A stretch of 64,000 nucleotides of DNA from an uncultured Bacteroidota bacterium (GTDB taxonomy: Bacteria; Bacteroidota; Ignavibacteria; Kryptoniales; JAKASW01): contig OY969815.1 of NCBI GenBank assembly GCA_963703365.1, positions 1,856,605 to 1,920,604 on the forward strand, read 5' to 3'. A program made the translations under genes and the position numbers. The notes under the pieces were generated by a model. It made no database searches, was not told the DNA's origin, and saw only the letters and a program-made list of their open reading frames with translations. Positions 35,097 to 46,799 of the stretch are shown here, piece by piece. Position 1 is the stretch's first letter, and every line of letters begins with the position of its first letter.

Positions 35097-35112
35097 TTAA
35101 TCAACCCTCAAG

Positions 35113-35661
35113 TCATTGTTTTGCTGTTGCTGCAGCTTTACCGGCTTTGCGGCGAATGTACTCGTTTTCGTACTTTATACCTTTGCCCTTATATGGCTCA
35201 GGCGGACGGAACGATCTCAACTTCGCGGCAATCTGCCCGACAAGCTGCTTGTCCATTCCCGACACTTTGACGTTCGTCAGTGAGGGAGTTTCAATCTTAA
35301 TTTCCTGCGGTGGCTTGAAAAGGATCGGATGCGAAAAGCCAAGTGTCAACTGAACGTTCGGGCCTTTCATCTCGGCACGGTAACCGACTCCGACTATTTC
35401 CAACTTTTTTTCGTAACCTTTTGTTGTGCCGTTAACCATGTTATTCAATAGCGCTCTCCACAAACCATGAAGCGCATTGTGAAAATTATCCGTGCCGTTG
35501 ACTTTAACGTTCGCCTCTTCCGGCTTCACTTCAAGCGAAATATCGTGGTGAAGAGTCGCCGATAATTCACCTTTCGGTCCCTTGACTTTCACTACTCCCT
35601 CGGAGACTTGCACCGTTACGCCTTTTGGAATCGCAACGGGCTTCTTGCCAATTCGTGACAC
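35113..35661 (-). CDS. rplF: 50S ribosomal protein L6
   Basis: MSRIGKKPVAIPKGVTVQV... is canonical L6. Confidence 0.96.
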   Translation of the reverse strand: MSRIGKKPVAIPKGVTVQVSEGVVKVKGPKGELSATLHHDISLEVKPEEANVKVNGTDNFHNALHGLWRALLNNMVNGTTKGYEKKLEIVGVGYRAEMKGPNVQLTLGFSHPILFKPPQEIKIETPSLTNVKVSGMDKQLVGQIAAKLRSFRPPEPYKGKGIKYENEYIRRKAGKAAATAKQ

Positions 35662-35679
35662 TTTAAAAACTCCTTGTAA

Positions 35680-36075
35680 TTACCATATGTAACAAATTAT
35701 TTCACCGCCGACGTTGAGACGACGCGCGTCCTTGTCCGTCATGACACCGCGATTGGTCGAGATGATCGCGACACCGAGTCCGTTTAAGACACGCGGCAGC
35801 TCACCCGCGCCTGCATAAACACGACGCCCCGGAACAGAAATTCGCCTCAATCCGGAAAGGACGGGTTTGCCGTTATAATATTTCAAGTAGATCCTTATCG
35901 TGCCTTGCACCGTCGTGTCAAGCTCCGAGTACTTATCTATATAATGCTGTTCGAAAAGGATTTTTGTTATAGCTTTTTTCAAATTGCTCGCCGGCACATC
36001 AACTCTTCTCTGGCGTGCAATTGCCGCGTTTCTCAACCTTGTGAGAAGATCAGCAACGGGGTCAGTCATCGACAT
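35680..36075 (-). CDS. rpsH: 30S ribosomal protein S8
   Basis: MTDPVADLLTRLRNA... is canonical S8. Confidence 0.96.
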   Translation of the reverse strand: MSMTDPVADLLTRLRNAAIARQRRVDVPASNLKKAITKILFEQHYIDKYSELDTTVQGTIRIYLKYYNGKPVLSGLRRISVPGRRVYAGAGELPRVLNGLGVAIISTNRGVMTDKDARRLNVGGEIICYIW

Positions 36076-36097
36076 CGACTTCCACTCCTAAATTAAA

Positions 36098-36283
36098 TTA
36101 CCAACTTGCTTTTTTGATTCCGGGTATCAACCCGTCCAAAGCCAACTTTCTGAAGCATATACGGCAAACGCCAAACTTGCGATAGTACGCTCTCGGCCTG
36201 CCGCATATCGTGCAGCGATTGTGTTTTCTCACTTTGTACTTCGGCTCGCGCTGAGCCTTTACAATCATTGCTGTTCGCGCCAC
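36098..36283 (-). CDS. rpsN: 30S ribosomal protein S14, zinc-binding short (type Z) form
   Basis: 61 aa with CTICGRP...CRICFR (two CxxC pairs). Confidence 0.95.
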   Translation of the reverse strand: MARTAMIVKAQREPKYKVRKHNRCTICGRPRAYYRKFGVCRICFRKLALDGLIPGIKKASW

Positions 36284-36337
36284 TTAAATACTCCTTTCAG
36301 TTTCAATCTACGCGCTCGCACCGGGGCCGCGAGAAAA

Positions 36338-37108
36338 TTAAGCAGCATTGCTCACCATGGTGCTTCCGAACGCTCCTTCAGACGCTTCGCGTTTTCTGAA
36401 AGGAATACCGAAACCTTTCAGCAGCTCGTAGGCTTCTTCATCAGTCCTGGCTGTCGTCACGAAAGTTATGTCCATACCGAAAATTCTTTCGACCTTATCG
36501 ACATCGATCTCCGGAAATATAATCTGCTCTTTTAAACCGAGCGTATAGTTCCCACGACCATCGAAAGATTTATCGGGAACGCCGCGGAAATCCCGAACGC
36601 GAGGAATTGCAAGACTGATCAAGCGATCCATGAATTCAAACATTTTCTCCTTCCGAAGAGTTATTTTGCATCCGATCGCCATATTTTCGCGGAGCTTGAA
36701 ATTCGAAATCGCTTTCTTCGATTTTCTGATCGAAGGTTTCTGTCCTGCAACAACGGTTAATTCGCGAACGACGGTCTCCAGAATTTTTGGGTCCTGCGTC
36801 GCAGCACCGACGCCGCAATTTATCGAGATCTTCTCTAACTTCGGAACTTCCATTGTGTTCTTGTAACCGAACCGCTTCATCAAAGCGGGAAGAATTTCTT
36901 TCTTATACAACTCAAACAACCGAGGTGTTACTTTTTCCTCGGCGACTTCTTCAACCTTTTTTCCAGCCTCTTCGGGCTTACGTTTCTTTTCCTTTCCGCT
37001 AGACCCGCCCGATTTCTTCGGTTGGTTTTGCGGAGTGGTCATGCTCTCCTTCCCGCGGACGGAATCTTTGATCGGAGGATTTTCAGTTTTCTCTTTTGCC
37101 ATTTCCAA
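36338..37108 (-). CDS. rplE: 50S ribosomal protein L5 with about 60-aa Lys/Glu-rich N-terminal extension
   Basis: The conserved core starts at ..[37 protein letters not shown] (residue about 62). There is no ATG, GTG or TTG between residue 23 and the core. The annotated ATG lies 7 nt after the rplX stop. Confidence 0.9.
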   Translation of the reverse strand: MEMAKEKTENPPIKDSVRGKESMTTPQNQPKKSGGSSGKEKKRKPEEAGKKVEEVAEEKVTPRLFELYKKEILPALMKRFGYKNTMEVPKLEKISINCGVGAATQDPKILETVVRELTVVAGQKPSIRKSKKAISNFKLRENMAIGCKITLRKEKMFEFMDRLISLAIPRVRDFRGVPDKSFDGRGNYTLGLKEQIIFPEIDVDKVERIFGMDITFVTTARTDEEAYELLKGFGIPFRKREASEGAFGSTMVSNAA

Positions 37109-37115
37109 AACTCAA

Positions 37116-37436
37116 TTAAAACATTTCGTTACAATTTTTGCAGACTCTCATCTTCTGCTTGCGTCCGCCCGTTCCAGCAACTGCCGCGTATCCGATTCGG
37201 CTCGCTTTGTTGCACTTTGGGCAAACCACCATAACATTCGATGAATGAACAGGCATCTCGCGCTCGAGAATTCCGCCTGATTGTATCTTAGCAGATGGTC
37301 TCGTGTGACGCTTTCTGATATTTACACCTTCGACAAGAACTTTTTGTTTGTCGGGTAGCACGCGAAGGACCTTCCCACTTTTCCCGCGGGAATTTCCGCT
37401 GATCACAAGAACCATATCATTTTTATGAACGTACAT
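37116..37436 (-). CDS. rplX: 50S ribosomal protein L24 (Cys-containing, zinc-ribbon-like C-terminus)
   Basis: KOW region VHKNDMVLVISGNSRGKSGKV. The C-terminus contains CPKC...CKNC. Confidence 0.95.
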   Translation of the reverse strand: MYVHKNDMVLVISGNSRGKSGKVLRVLPDKQKVLVEGVNIRKRHTRPSAKIQSGGILEREMPVHSSNVMVVCPKCNKASRIGYAAVAGTGGRKQKMRVCKNCNEMF

Positions 37437-37450
37437 TAGAAAAACCTTTC

Positions 37451-37819
37451 TTAGAGGACTTCCGGTGCCAATGAAACTATTTTCATAAATTGTTTATCGC
37501 GCAGCTCGCGAGCTACCGGTCCAAAAATGCGAGTACCACGCGGCTCACCCTGCTGATTCAAGAGCACCGCAGCATTTTCATCGAAGCGAATAAATGTTCC
37601 ATCCGGCCTTTTGTATTCTTTTTTTGTCCGGACAACGACAGCTTTTGACACGTCGCCTTTTTTCACCTCGGCGCCCGGAACCGCTTGCTTGACCGCGACA
37701 ACAATCAAATCACCAAGTCCCGCATAACGCCTGTCGTGGCCGCCGAGCACACGAATGCAACGTACTTTCTTTGCGCCCGAATTGTCGGCAACAACTAGAT
37801 TTGTTTCTTCTTGAATCAA
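37451..37819 (-). CDS. rplN: 50S ribosomal protein L14
   Basis: [27 protein letters not shown] is canonical L14. Confidence 0.97.
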   Translation of the reverse strand: MIQEETNLVVADNSGAKKVRCIRVLGGHDRRYAGLGDLIVVAVKQAVPGAEVKKGDVSKAVVVRTKKEYKRPDGTFIRFDENAAVLLNQQGEPRGTRIFGPVARELRDKQFMKIVSLAPEVL

Positions 37820-37828
37820 TTTCTAAAC

Positions 37829-38101
37829 CTACTTCGCTTTTTCAACAATTTCGACAAGGCGCCAGCATTTGCTCTTAGACAACGGACGGGTCTCCATTAT
37901 TTTCACAATGTCTCCGATCCCGGCTTCATTCTTTTCGTCGTGCACTACTAACCTAGTCGTCCACTTTGAATATTTCTTGTAAATCGGATGCGGAACAAGT
38001 CTTTCGATATGCACCACAATGCTCTTCTGCATCTTGTTGTTGACAACTTTTCCGACTCTGACTTTTCTCAAACTTCTTTTTGCTGTGGAAGTCTCCATCA
38101 T
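37829..38101 (-). CDS. rpsQ: 30S ribosomal protein S17
   Basis: [28 protein letters not shown] is canonical S17. Confidence 0.96.
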   Translation of the reverse strand: MMETSTAKRSLRKVRVGKVVNNKMQKSIVVHIERLVPHPIYKKYSKWTTRLVVHDEKNEAGIGDIVKIMETRPLSKSKCWRLVEIVEKAK

Positions 38102-38343
38102 GCACTCTCACTCTTCTCTGCATTTGAAACGGAGGAATTTTTCTCAGCCATGATTTTGCGCTCGTGAAGAATCGTTTTCATCCTGGCAATTTCTTTTTTC
38201 AAATACCGGACCTGGACCGGATTTTTCACATCTCCGCCGACAGCTTTTTGAAATTTCATTTTATCAAGCGCCTCGATATTGTCTTTTATGCGTTGAATAA
38301 TTTCCTTCTCAGACATCGGCCGGATTTCATGTGACTTAATCAT
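38098..38343 (-). CDS. rpmC: 50S ribosomal protein L29
   Basis: L29-like helical protein in the expected slot; overlaps the rpsQ start. Confidence 0.9.
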   Translation of the reverse strand: MIKSHEIRPMSEKEIIQRIKDNIEALDKMKFQKAVGGDVKNPVQVRYLKKEIARMKTILHERKIMAEKNSSVSNAEKSESA

Positions 38344-38347
38344 TCTC

Positions 38348-38767
38348 TTAACCTTCGTAATTCATTCTTGCGACGAACTTGGTTTTAATCGGAAGCTTGT
38401 GGGCAGCGAGTCTCAACGCTTCCTCAGCAATTGAAGCAGTGATGCCGCCGATCTCAAACATTATTCTCCCCGGCTTCACAACTGCGACCCAGAACTCCGG
38501 CATTCCTTTTCCTTTTCCCATTCTGGTTTCGGCAGGTTTTTTTGTTACCGGCTTGTCCGGGAATATTCTGATCCAGATTCTTCCGTCTCGTTTCATTTGT
38601 CTTGTGAGAGCGACGCGCGCCGCTTCTATTTGTCTCGCAGTGATCCAACCCGGCTCGAGTGCCTTCAAACCAAAATCACCGAACGCGACGGTGCTGCCGC
38701 GCTGCGCCTTGCCGCGCATTCTTCCACGCTGAGTTTTTCTGTATTTTACTCTTTTTGGCATTAACAC
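38348..38767 (-). CDS. rplP: 50S ribosomal protein L16
   Basis: [24 protein letters not shown] is canonical L16. Confidence 0.97.
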   Translation of the reverse strand: MLMPKRVKYRKTQRGRMRGKAQRGSTVAFGDFGLKALEPGWITARQIEAARVALTRQMKRDGRIWIRIFPDKPVTKKPAETRMGKGKGMPEFWVAVVKPGRIMFEIGGITASIAEEALRLAAHKLPIKTKFVARMNYEG

Positions 38768-38786
38768 TTTTTATGTCTCCTTGATA

Positions 38787-39428
38787 TTACCTCGGCAGCG
38801 GTCCATAAACTTCGCCGCGGCAAATCCAAACTTTCACGCCGATCAATCCGTAGATCGTTCTTGCGGCAACACTTGCGTAATCTATGTCGGCGCGGAGCGT
38901 ATGCAGCGGTACTCTTCCCTCGCGATATTGTTCGGTGCGTGCTATTTCTGCGCCGCCTAATCTTCCGGCACACATGACGCGGATTCCTTGGGCTCCCATT
39001 CGCGTCGCCGATGTAATCGCGTTCTTCATGGCGCGGCGGAAATTAATTCTACCTTCCAATTGACTGGCAATATTTTCAGCAACCAAATATGCGTCAAGCT
39101 CCGGACGTTTGATCTCGAACGTTTTTATCTTCACGGATTCTTTGCCGGTAAGTCTTTTCAACTCGGCTTCCAACTGACTAACATCTTTACCGCTCTTACC
39201 AATGACGATTCCCGGACGGCTTGTGTGAATGGAAACCGAAAGCTGGTTACCTTTACGCTCGATGATCAGTCGAGAAACGCCGGCTTTGTTCAGACGGTTT
39301 CTCAAATAATTCCTTACCTTTTCATCTTCAGACAATAATTTGGAATATCCCTTGCGTTCAAACCATATAGAATCCCAGTCGCGAGTAATTCCAAGTCTAA
39401 AGCCGATAGGATTAGTCTTTTGTCCCAA
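38787..39428 (-). CDS. rpsC: 30S ribosomal protein S3
   Basis: [20 protein letters not shown] is canonical S3. Confidence 0.97.
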   Translation of the reverse strand: MGQKTNPIGFRLGITRDWDSIWFERKGYSKLLSEDEKVRNYLRNRLNKAGVSRLIIERKGNQLSVSIHTSRPGIVIGKSGKDVSQLEAELKRLTGKESVKIKTFEIKRPELDAYLVAENIASQLEGRINFRRAMKNAITSATRMGAQGIRVMCAGRLGGAEIARTEQYREGRVPLHTLRADIDYASVAARTIYGLIGVKVWICRGEVYGPLPR

Positions 39429-39458
39429 ACATTCCTCCGAGATCCAAACTCATTAGTT

Positions 39459-39803
39459 TCATTCCTTCGTTGCTACAACAACTGTAATGTGGTTGCTTCG
39501 TTTTCTAATTCGATAAGCGCGTCCTTGTGGAGCCGGCAAAACTCTTTTTGCCATGGGACCGCCATCGACAAAAATTTCCTTTACATACAAACTTTCTTCA
39601 TCAACTTTGCCGACATCTTCTCTATTCATAATATTTGATACTGCCGAGCGAACAGCTTTTTCCGCATCTTTTGAGGCATGCTTCGGCGAGAAGTGGAGTA
39701 TCGACAACGCTGTGCCAATGCTCTTGCCTCTTATTAAATCGACAACTAACCTCATCTTTCTTGGAGAAGACCCGACGTATCTCGCAACTGCACGTGATTC
39801 CAT
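39459..39803 (-). CDS. rplV: 50S ribosomal protein L22
   Basis: ARYVGSSPRKMRLVVDLIRGK is canonical L22. Confidence 0.96.
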   Translation of the reverse strand: MESRAVARYVGSSPRKMRLVVDLIRGKSIGTALSILHFSPKHASKDAEKAVRSAVSNIMNREDVGKVDEESLYVKEIFVDGGPMAKRVLPAPQGRAYRIRKRSNHITVVVATKE

Positions 39804-39816
39804 TTACTTCAACTCC

Positions 39817-40107
39817 TTATGCTGCTCCAGGTGCAGCTTTCTCCGACTTGATTCCGGGATGCATTCTGAATGTTCGAGTCGGAGCAAATTCACCTAGCCG
39901 GTGGCCAACCATCGCTTCGATGATATAAACCGGAATAAATTTGTTCCCGTTATGAACTGCAAAAGTATGACCGACAAAGTCCGGGACAATCATGCTGTCA
40001 CGTGCCCACGTTTTGATCACCTTTTTCTGATTTTTCTTGTTTAGATCTTCGACTTTTTTCGCAAGCTTCGGATCGACAAAGATACCTTTTTTTACCGAAC
40101 GTGCCAT
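39817..40107 (-). CDS. rpsS: 30S ribosomal protein S19
   Basis: [15 protein letters not shown]...[12 protein letters not shown] is canonical S19. Confidence 0.97.
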   Translation of the reverse strand: MARSVKKGIFVDPKLAKKVEDLNKKNQKKVIKTWARDSMIVPDFVGHTFAVHNGNKFIPVYIIEAMVGHRLGEFAPTRTFRMHPGIKSEKAAPGAA

Positions 40108-40119
40108 ATTAGTTCAAAT

Positions 40120-40947
40120 CTACTTTCTTCGTTTCACGATATACTTGCTTGACAGCTTATTTCTGTTCCGCGTTTTCTTTCCCTTCGTCTTCCAGCCCCA
40201 CGGAGAAACCGGGTGTGGATTGCCTTGCGGAGACTTTCCTTCGCCGCCACCGTGCGGATGATCGACAGGGTTCATGACAACACCGCGAGACTGCGGCCTG
40301 ATACCAAACCATCGCATTCTGCCAGCTTTGCCCCAGCTTATGTTTTCATACTCGGCATTACTGACTACGCCGATCGTCACTCTGCAGTCTGTCCGTACCA
40401 TTCTCATCTCGCCTGATGGAAGTCTGAGAGTTGCAAAATCTCCTTCCTTCGCGACTAATTGAACGGAATTGCCTGCGCTTCGTGCTATCTGGGCACCTTT
40501 TCCCTGTTTCATTTCAATATTGTGGATCGTTGTTCCAACCGGCACATTCTTCAACGGCATTGCATTGCCTGTCTTTATCTCGGCATGCTCGCCAGTCTGA
40601 ACAACATCACCGACTTTCAATCCGTCCGGAGCAATGATATAACGTTTCTCTCCATCGACATAGTGAAGCAATGCAATTCGCGCGTTACGATTCGGATCAT
40701 ACTCAATCGCTGCGACTTTCGCATCGATTCCAATTTTATCCCTTTTGAAATCTATGATGCGATAAGACCTTTTATGCGCCCCACCGCGGTGACGAGAAGT
40801 GATTCTTCCCTGATTATTTCTACCACCGCTGCTTTTCAACGGGACCACAAGAGCTTTTTCAGGCTTTGTCTTAGTAACTTCCTCAAAAGTTGAGACCGTA
40901 TAAAATCGAGTCGCGGGAGTCGCCGGTTTTAATTTCTTCAGACCCAT
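40120..40947 (-). CDS. rplB: 50S ribosomal protein L2
   Basis: 275 aa. [19 protein letters not shown] and [12 protein letters not shown] motifs. Confidence 0.97.
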   Translation of the reverse strand: MGLKKLKPATPATRFYTVSTFEEVTKTKPEKALVVPLKSSGGRNNQGRITSRHRGGAHKRSYRIIDFKRDKIGIDAKVAAIEYDPNRNARIALLHYVDGEKRYIIAPDGLKVGDVVQTGEHAEIKTGNAMPLKNVPVGTTIHNIEMKQGKGAQIARSAGNSVQLVAKEGDFATLRLPSGEMRMVRTDCRVTIGVVSNAEYENISWGKAGRMRWFGIRPQSRGVVMNPVDHPHGGGEGKSPQGNPHPVSPWGWKTKGKKTRNRNKLSSKYIVKRRK

Positions 40948-40964
40948 CTTATAATCCTTTCAGC

Positions 40965-41249
40965 CTACACCGTTCCGAGCAAATCAATTGTGTAACCTTC
41001 CATTAAAGTAATGATTGCCTTTTTTCTGTCTGATCGCCTTCCTTCAAACCTGCCGCGCCTCGTCATGGAAGTAATAACTTTCCCTTTGACAATGACGGTG
41101 CGGATGCTTTTCACTTTTACGTTGAATCGCTTCTCGATTTCTCTTTCAATCTCGATCTTGTTCGAATTCTTCGTGACTTCAAAAACATATTGATGCTGTT
41201 CTTGCAGCTTCGTATTCTTCTCTGTCAAAAGAGGTCTGATTATGCTCAT
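40965..41249 (-). CDS. rplW: 50S ribosomal protein L23
   Basis: L23-like (IIRPLLTEKNT..., FEVTKNSNKIEIEREIEKRFNVKV) in the expected slot. Confidence 0.93.
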   Translation of the reverse strand: MSIIRPLLTEKNTKLQEQHQYVFEVTKNSNKIEIEREIEKRFNVKVKSIRTVIVKGKVITSMTRRGRFEGRRSDRKKAIITLMEGYTIDLLGTV

Positions 41250-41896
41250 GCTGCTTCTCCAACCAATTTGTTCTGTAAAACATCCAGCGCGCTCTTCTGG
41301 AAAACGATCACATCATTATTCAGAAGCTCATATGGAGAAGCGCCCAACACGTCTTTCACAAACACCTTCTGCAAATTTCTTGTAGAAAGAAAAATAACCT
41401 TGTCGTTCTTCGGAAGGAGCATTAGAACTTTTTTCCCTTTCAAGCCGAGCAAGTTCAAGATTTCGACAACGCGTTTTGTTTTTGTCTCTCCGAGATTAAA
41501 ATCTTCGACAATCACCACGCTGTTGTCTTTAGCTTTGTAAGTGAGCGCCGACTTTTTTGCGAGGGTTTTCACTTTGTCGTTCACTTTTTTTTCATAATCA
41601 TGCGGCTTGGGTCCAAATATCGTTCCGCCGCCGACCCATATAGGATTCCGAATCGATCCGCTTCTTGCTCTTCCGGTATGTTTTTGCTTCCATGGCTTCT
41701 TGCCGCCGCCGCTGACCTCCGCACGTGTTTTCGTTTTATGTGTGCCCTGACGCGCGTTAGCAAGATATGCGGTTACTGCTTGATAAATCGCCTGGTCACT
41801 CGGCTTAATTCCAAAAACAGACGGAGAAAGCTCCACCTTCTCGCCAGTTTTAGTCCCATCGATTTTCAAAACTTCTATTTGCATTTTCTCATTCAC
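41246..41896 (-). CDS. rplD: 50S ribosomal protein L4
   Basis: GGGKKPWKQKHTGRARSGSIRNPIWVGGG is canonical L4. Confidence 0.96.
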   Translation of the reverse strand: MNEKMQIEVLKIDGTKTGEKVELSPSVFGIKPSDQAIYQAVTAYLANARQGTHKTKTRAEVSGGGKKPWKQKHTGRARSGSIRNPIWVGGGTIFGPKPHDYEKKVNDKVKTLAKKSALTYKAKDNSVVIVEDFNLGETKTKRVVEILNLLGLKGKKVLMLLPKNDKVIFLSTRNLQKVFVKDVLGASPYELLNNDVIVFQKSALDVLQNKLVGEAA

Positions 41897-42513
41897 TTCC
41901 AGATTTGCAGGTAACCGTTTGTCGGACCCGGCACCGAGCCTTCAACCAAAATTAGATTTGAATCAAGAATCAGCCGGACCACTTTCAAGTTCTTCATCGT
42001 GGAACGCTTGCCTCCCATTCTTCCTGCCATTCTCAAACCTTTGAATGTCCTCGAAGGATAAGAAGAGCTGCCGACCGAACCAGGCGCGCGAGTCCTGTCA
42101 CTCTGACCATGAGTCACCGGACCGCCGCCAAAGTGATGACGTTTCACAACTCCCTGGAAACCTTTCCCCTTAGAAGTCCCGGTTACAGAAACTTTGTCGC
42201 CGATCGAAAATACTTTATCGATATTTATGACATCACCAAGCTTGAACAATCCGATTTCAAATCCATCGAACTCGCCAAGAATTTCCGCTGTCTTGATTCC
42301 TGCTTTTGCAAAATGTCCCTTCATCGGTTTGTTGACGACACGCTCCGGCTTCTCTCCGAACGCAACTTGAAGCGCCTCATAGCCGTCGTGTTCTTTCGTC
42401 TTTATCGCAGTAATCGGGCAAGGTCCTGCTTCGATAATAGTTACAGAGATAGAATTTCCCTTATCATCGAAGACATTGGTCATGCCTAATTTTTTGCCTA
42501 ACAAACCCTTCAT
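41893..42513 (-). CDS. rplC: 50S ribosomal protein L3
   Basis: MKGLLGKKLGMTNVFD...GKGFQGVVKRHHFGGGP is canonical L3. Confidence 0.97.
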   Translation of the reverse strand: MKGLLGKKLGMTNVFDDKGNSISVTIIEAGPCPITAIKTKEHDGYEALQVAFGEKPERVVNKPMKGHFAKAGIKTAEILGEFDGFEIGLFKLGDVINIDKVFSIGDKVSVTGTSKGKGFQGVVKRHHFGGGPVTHGQSDRTRAPGSVGSSSYPSRTFKGLRMAGRMGGKRSTMKNLKVVRLILDSNLILVEGSVPGPTNGYLQIWK

Positions 42514-42563
42514 TTCATTAATCCTCTAATCTGTTGATCCTGATTTAATCCTATAAATCACGG

Positions 42564-42872
42564 TCAGACTTTCATCTCAACATCGACGCCCGCGGGCAAA
42601 TCTAATTTTGTCAATGAATCCACCGACTTCGACGACGCGTTGTAGATATAAATCACGCGTTTGTGCTGCCGAAGCTCGAATTGCTCACGACTTCTTTTGT
42701 CAACGTGTGGCGAACGGAGCACGGTATAAATTGTTTTCTTTGTCGGCAAAGGAATCGGTCCGGAAACAACAGCGCCAGTGGATTTAATCGTCCTGACGAT
42801 TTTTTCTGCCGACTTATCAATCAGAGCATGATCATAGGATTTCAACTTTATCCTGATAGTCTGACCAGCCAC
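42564..42872 (-). CDS. rpsJ: 30S ribosomal protein S10
   Basis: [21 protein letters not shown]...[15 protein letters not shown] is canonical S10. Confidence 0.97.
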   Translation of the reverse strand: MAGQTIRIKLKSYDHALIDKSAEKIVRTIKSTGAVVSGPIPLPTKKTIYTVLRSPHVDKRSREQFELRQHKRVIYIYNASSKSVDSLTKLDLPAGVDVEMKV

Positions 42873-42912
42873 AGCTTACCTCGTTTCGATTTTATTATCA
42901 GAGTTCAAATTT

Positions 42913-44127
42913 TTACTCTATGATTTTCGTAACAACGCCGGCTCCGACGGTATGTCCACCTTCACGGATAGCAAAGCGAAGCCCATCTTCCATGGCGATC
43001 GGAGTGATTAGCTCAATTCTCAGGTTGTCAACGTTATCGCCGGGCATAACCATCTCTGTGCCGGATGGAAGTTCAGTGGCGGAACCTGTGACGTCGGTTG
43101 TACGGAAATAGAATTGTGGGCGATAACCTTTGAAGAAAGGAGTGTGTCGTCCACCTTCTTCTTTGCTTAATACGTAAACCTGTGCGATAAATTTGGTGTG
43201 TGGTGTGATAGAACCCGGCTTGGCGATAACCATTCCACGCTCAAGTTCGTCCTTTTCAACGCCGCGGAGAAGGACTCCGATATTGTCTCCGGCTATTCCT
43301 TCATCAAGTTCCTTTCTAAACATTTCAAGCCCGGTGCAGACAGCTTTCTTATGTGCGCCGAGTCCGATGATTTCGACATCTTCACCGACTTTAACTTTGC
43401 CGCGCTCGACACGACCAGTACCAACTGTACCACGACCAGTGATCGTGAAAACGTCTTCTACAGGCATAATAAACGGCTTGTCGATATCACGTTTTGGAAG
43501 CGGGATGTATTTATCAACAGCGTCCAGCAATTCAAAAATGCACTTGAATCGTGGATCCTCGAGGGAAGCGTTCGGGTCGTTACCGGCTTCCATAGCTTTG
43601 AGCGCGCTACCGCGGATGACCGGTATCTCATCGCCGGGATAGTGTTGCTTCTTCAAAAGGTCGCGAACTTCAACTTCAACAAGATCAAGGAGTTCAGGAT
43701 CATCCACCATATCGACCTTGTTCATGAAAACAACTATCTTCGGAACGCCGACCTGATATGCAAGAAGGATGTGCTCACGAGTTTGCGGCATCGGACCGTC
43801 GTTTGCGGCGACGACGAGAATAGCTCCATCCATCTGAGCGGCACCCGTTATCATATTCTTTATATAATCGGCGTGGCCGGGGCAGTCAACATGTGCGTAA
43901 TGCCGGGTTGCCGTCGAATACTCAACGTGAGCAGTCGCAATGGTTATACCGCGAGCCTTCTCTTCCGGTGCGTTGTCGATACTATCAAAACTTCTCGCCG
44001 AAGCTAAGCCCTTTCTTGCGAGAGTCAATGTAATTGCAGAAGTAAGAGTTGTCTTACCATGGTCGATGTGCCCGATCGTTCCGACATTAATATGCGGTTT
44101 GCTACGGTCGAATTTTTCTTTTGCCAT
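42913..44127 (-). CDS. tuf: elongation factor Tu
   Basis: 404 aa. [18 protein letters not shown] and NKVD motifs. Confidence 0.98.
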   Translation of the reverse strand: MAKEKFDRSKPHINVGTIGHIDHGKTTLTSAITLTLARKGLASARSFDSIDNAPEEKARGITIATAHVEYSTATRHYAHVDCPGHADYIKNMITGAAQMDGAILVVAANDGPMPQTREHILLAYQVGVPKIVVFMNKVDMVDDPELLDLVEVEVRDLLKKQHYPGDEIPVIRGSALKAMEAGNDPNASLEDPRFKCIFELLDAVDKYIPLPKRDIDKPFIMPVEDVFTITGRGTVGTGRVERGKVKVGEDVEIIGLGAHKKAVCTGLEMFRKELDEGIAGDNIGVLLRGVEKDELERGMVIAKPGSITPHTKFIAQVYVLSKEEGGRHTPFFKGYRPQFYFRTTDVTGSATELPSGTEMVMPGDNVDNLRIELITPIAMEDGLRFAIREGGHTVGAGVVTKIIE

Positions 44128-44182
44128 TTAAATTCTCCTTATGATTTTTTCGTTTCAATCATTCAACAGCTACGAACTTTCG

Positions 44183-46276
44183 TCATGCGGCAACTGACTC
44201 CTTGCCGCGGACTTTCTCTACGATTTGTTCAGCAATACTCCGGGGCACTTCATCATAATGCGAGAATTGCATCGTGAATATCGCACGTCCCTGAGTCATC
44301 GAACGAAGCGATGTTGCATAACCGAACATCTCCGACAACGCCACCATCGCCTTTACAACCTGGGCGTCCTTCCTTGAGCCAATTCCTTCGATACGTCCAC
44401 GACGAGAGTTTAAATCGCCCATGACATCGCCAAGATATTCTTCCGGAGTGACGACCTCTACACCCATGATAGGCTCAAGTAAAACAGGATCGGCTTTCTT
44501 AGCACCGTCTTTGAAGGCAATGCTTCCGGCAATCTTGAAAGCCATCTCGCTCGAGTCGACTTCATGGTACGACCCGTCGAAAAGTTTCGCCTTTACATCA
44601 ACGACCGGATATCCCGCAAGCACACCGCTCTGAAGCGCTTCCTGGATCCCTTCCGAAACTGCAGGGATATATTCCTTGGGAATCACGCCGCCAACGATGG
44701 CATTCGTAAACTCGAAACCTTTCCCTTTTTCATTAGGCTCAATTTCCAACCACACATCGCCATATTGTCCATGTCCGCCGGATTGCCTGACAAACTTTCC
44801 TTGCTGTGTAACTTTCTTCTTAATCGTTTCTTTGTAAGCAACCTGCGGACGTCCGACATTTGCTTCAACTTTAAATTCGCGCTTCAACCTATCTACAATA
44901 ATCTCGAGATGAAGTTCTCCCATCCCTCTGATGATCGTCTGACCAGTCTCCTCGTCGGTTGCCATTCTGAATGTGGGATCTTCTTCGGTCAGTTTTACGA
45001 GCGACTCACCCAATTTCTCTTGATCAGCTTTTGTTTTCGGCTCGATAGCAACGGAAATAACCGGCTCTGGGAATACCATTTTCTCCAAAACTATCGGTGA
45101 ATCTTCACCACAAAGAGTATCGCCGGTTTTTGTGAACTTCAAGCCGACGGCAGCCACGATATCACCAGTGAAAGCCGTTTCAATATCTTCACGGTGATTA
45201 GCGTGCATTCGAAGGACTCTTCCAATTCTTTCTTTCCTGCCGGTAGATGAATTAAGAACGTACGATCCGCCGGAAAGCGTACCACTATATACGCGGAAGA
45301 AAGTCAGCTTGCCGACATACGGATCGGTCATGATCTTAAAAGCCAGCGCAGAAAACTTTTCGTCATCTGAGGGTTGGCGTTCTATCGGTTTACCGTTTAA
45401 ATCATGCCCATGAGTTGTTCCGCTATCTAAAGGCGACGGCAGAAAATCCACGACGCAATCCATCAAACGTTGAATGCCTTTATTCTTAAAAGCCGTGCCG
45501 CAAGCGACAGGCACAATTTTCAGCTCGATAGTTGCTTTCCTGATTGTCGAAATTATTTCTTCCTCAGAAATTTTTTTCCCATCCAAATATTTTACGAGGA
45601 GTGAATCATCTATATCGGAGACAGCTTCGAGAAGTTTCGTTCTGTATTCCTGCGAAATCTTCTGGAGATCATGAGGAATAGTGTACTCTTCCCAAGTTGT
45701 CCCTAGATTGGTTTCGCTGTACATTACAGCTTTCATCTTAATGAGATCGACAACGCCAGAGAACAAATCTCCTTCACCAATTGGGAGTTGTATTGGAACC
45801 GGATTTGCCCCAAGTCTGGCTCTCATCATCCGAAGAACATTGAAGAAATCGGCTCCCACGCGATCCATCTTGTTTACAAATGCGATTCGCGGGACACCGT
45901 ACTTGTCTGCCTGGCGCCAAACCGTTTCCGACTGCGGCTCGACTCCGCCAACTGCGCAGAAAAGCGCAATCGCACCATCAAGCACACGAAGAGAACGCTC
46001 AACTTCTATAGTGAAATCTACGTGACCGGGAGTGTCGATAATATTAATCTGATTGTCTCTCCAGAAGCATGTCGTCGCGGCAGAAGTTATGGTGATACCT
46101 CGCTCCTTTTCTTGTTCCATGAAATCCATCGTTGCCGCGCCATCGTGGACTTCGCCCATGCGGTGCGTTTTGCCTGTATAGAAAAGTATCCTTTCGGTCG
46201 TAGTTGTCTTACCGGCATCTATGTGTGCCATGATACCGATGTTACGCGTTCGTTCTAACGTGTACTCGCGGGTCAT
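44183..46276 (-). CDS. fusA: elongation factor G
   Basis: 697 aa. [20 protein letters not shown] and NKMD motifs. Confidence 0.98.
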   Translation of the reverse strand: MTREYTLERTRNIGIMAHIDAGKTTTTERILFYTGKTHRMGEVHDGAATMDFMEQEKERGITITSAATTCFWRDNQINIIDTPGHVDFTIEVERSLRVLDGAIALFCAVGGVEPQSETVWRQADKYGVPRIAFVNKMDRVGADFFNVLRMMRARLGANPVPIQLPIGEGDLFSGVVDLIKMKAVMYSETNLGTTWEEYTIPHDLQKISQEYRTKLLEAVSDIDDSLLVKYLDGKKISEEEIISTIRKATIELKIVPVACGTAFKNKGIQRLMDCVVDFLPSPLDSGTTHGHDLNGKPIERQPSDDEKFSALAFKIMTDPYVGKLTFFRVYSGTLSGGSYVLNSSTGRKERIGRVLRMHANHREDIETAFTGDIVAAVGLKFTKTGDTLCGEDSPIVLEKMVFPEPVISVAIEPKTKADQEKLGESLVKLTEEDPTFRMATDEETGQTIIRGMGELHLEIIVDRLKREFKVEANVGRPQVAYKETIKKKVTQQGKFVRQSGGHGQYGDVWLEIEPNEKGKGFEFTNAIVGGVIPKEYIPAVSEGIQEALQSGVLAGYPVVDVKAKLFDGSYHEVDSSEMAFKIAGSIAFKDGAKKADPVLLEPIMGVEVVTPEEYLGDVMGDLNSRRGRIEGIGSRKDAQVVKAMVALSEMFGYATSLRSMTQGRAIFTMQFSHYDEVPRSIAEQIVEKVRGKESVAA

Positions 46277-46310
46277 AAATATATTTTCAACTTTCCAGCA
46301 TTAATTACAC

Positions 46311-46778
46311 TTACCATCTGTAATGAGCAAAAGCTTTATTTGCTTCAGCCATCTTATGCGTATCTTCACGTTTCTTAATTGCATTGCCTTCGCCATTCGA
46401 AGCAGCGATAATCTCAGCCGCTAATTTGAGCGACATGGATTTGTCTTTGCGCTCGCGCGAGTATCTGAGCAGCCACCGCATTCCGAGAGCCATACTTCTC
46501 TCGGGGCGAACCTCGCTCGGCACTTGATAAGTCGCTCCTCCGACTCTTCGTGCACGGACTTCAATAATCGGCTGAACATTGTTCAAAGCTTTTCTGAATA
46601 CATCGAGCGGATTATTTTTTGTACGCTGCTCGATAATGTCTAATGCATCATATAAAATTTGCCGTGCGAGATGCTTCTTGCCGGAGCTCATGATGTTGTT
46701 CACGAATTTCGCCATGAATACATCATTATATTTCGGGTCAGGAATAACCTGGCGCCTATCAGAGCGCTTTTTCCTCAT
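46311..46778 (-). CDS. rpsG: 30S ribosomal protein S7
   Basis: 155 aa, ending KAFAHYRW. Canonical S7. Confidence 0.97.
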   Translation of the reverse strand: MRKKRSDRRQVIPDPKYNDVFMAKFVNNIMSSGKKHLARQILYDALDIIEQRTKNNPLDVFRKALNNVQPIIEVRARRVGGATYQVPSEVRPERSMALGMRWLLRYSRERKDKSMSLKLAAEIIAASNGEGNAIKKREDTHKMAEANKAFAHYRW

Positions 46779-46799
46779 TGTAAACTCTTTTTATTATTT

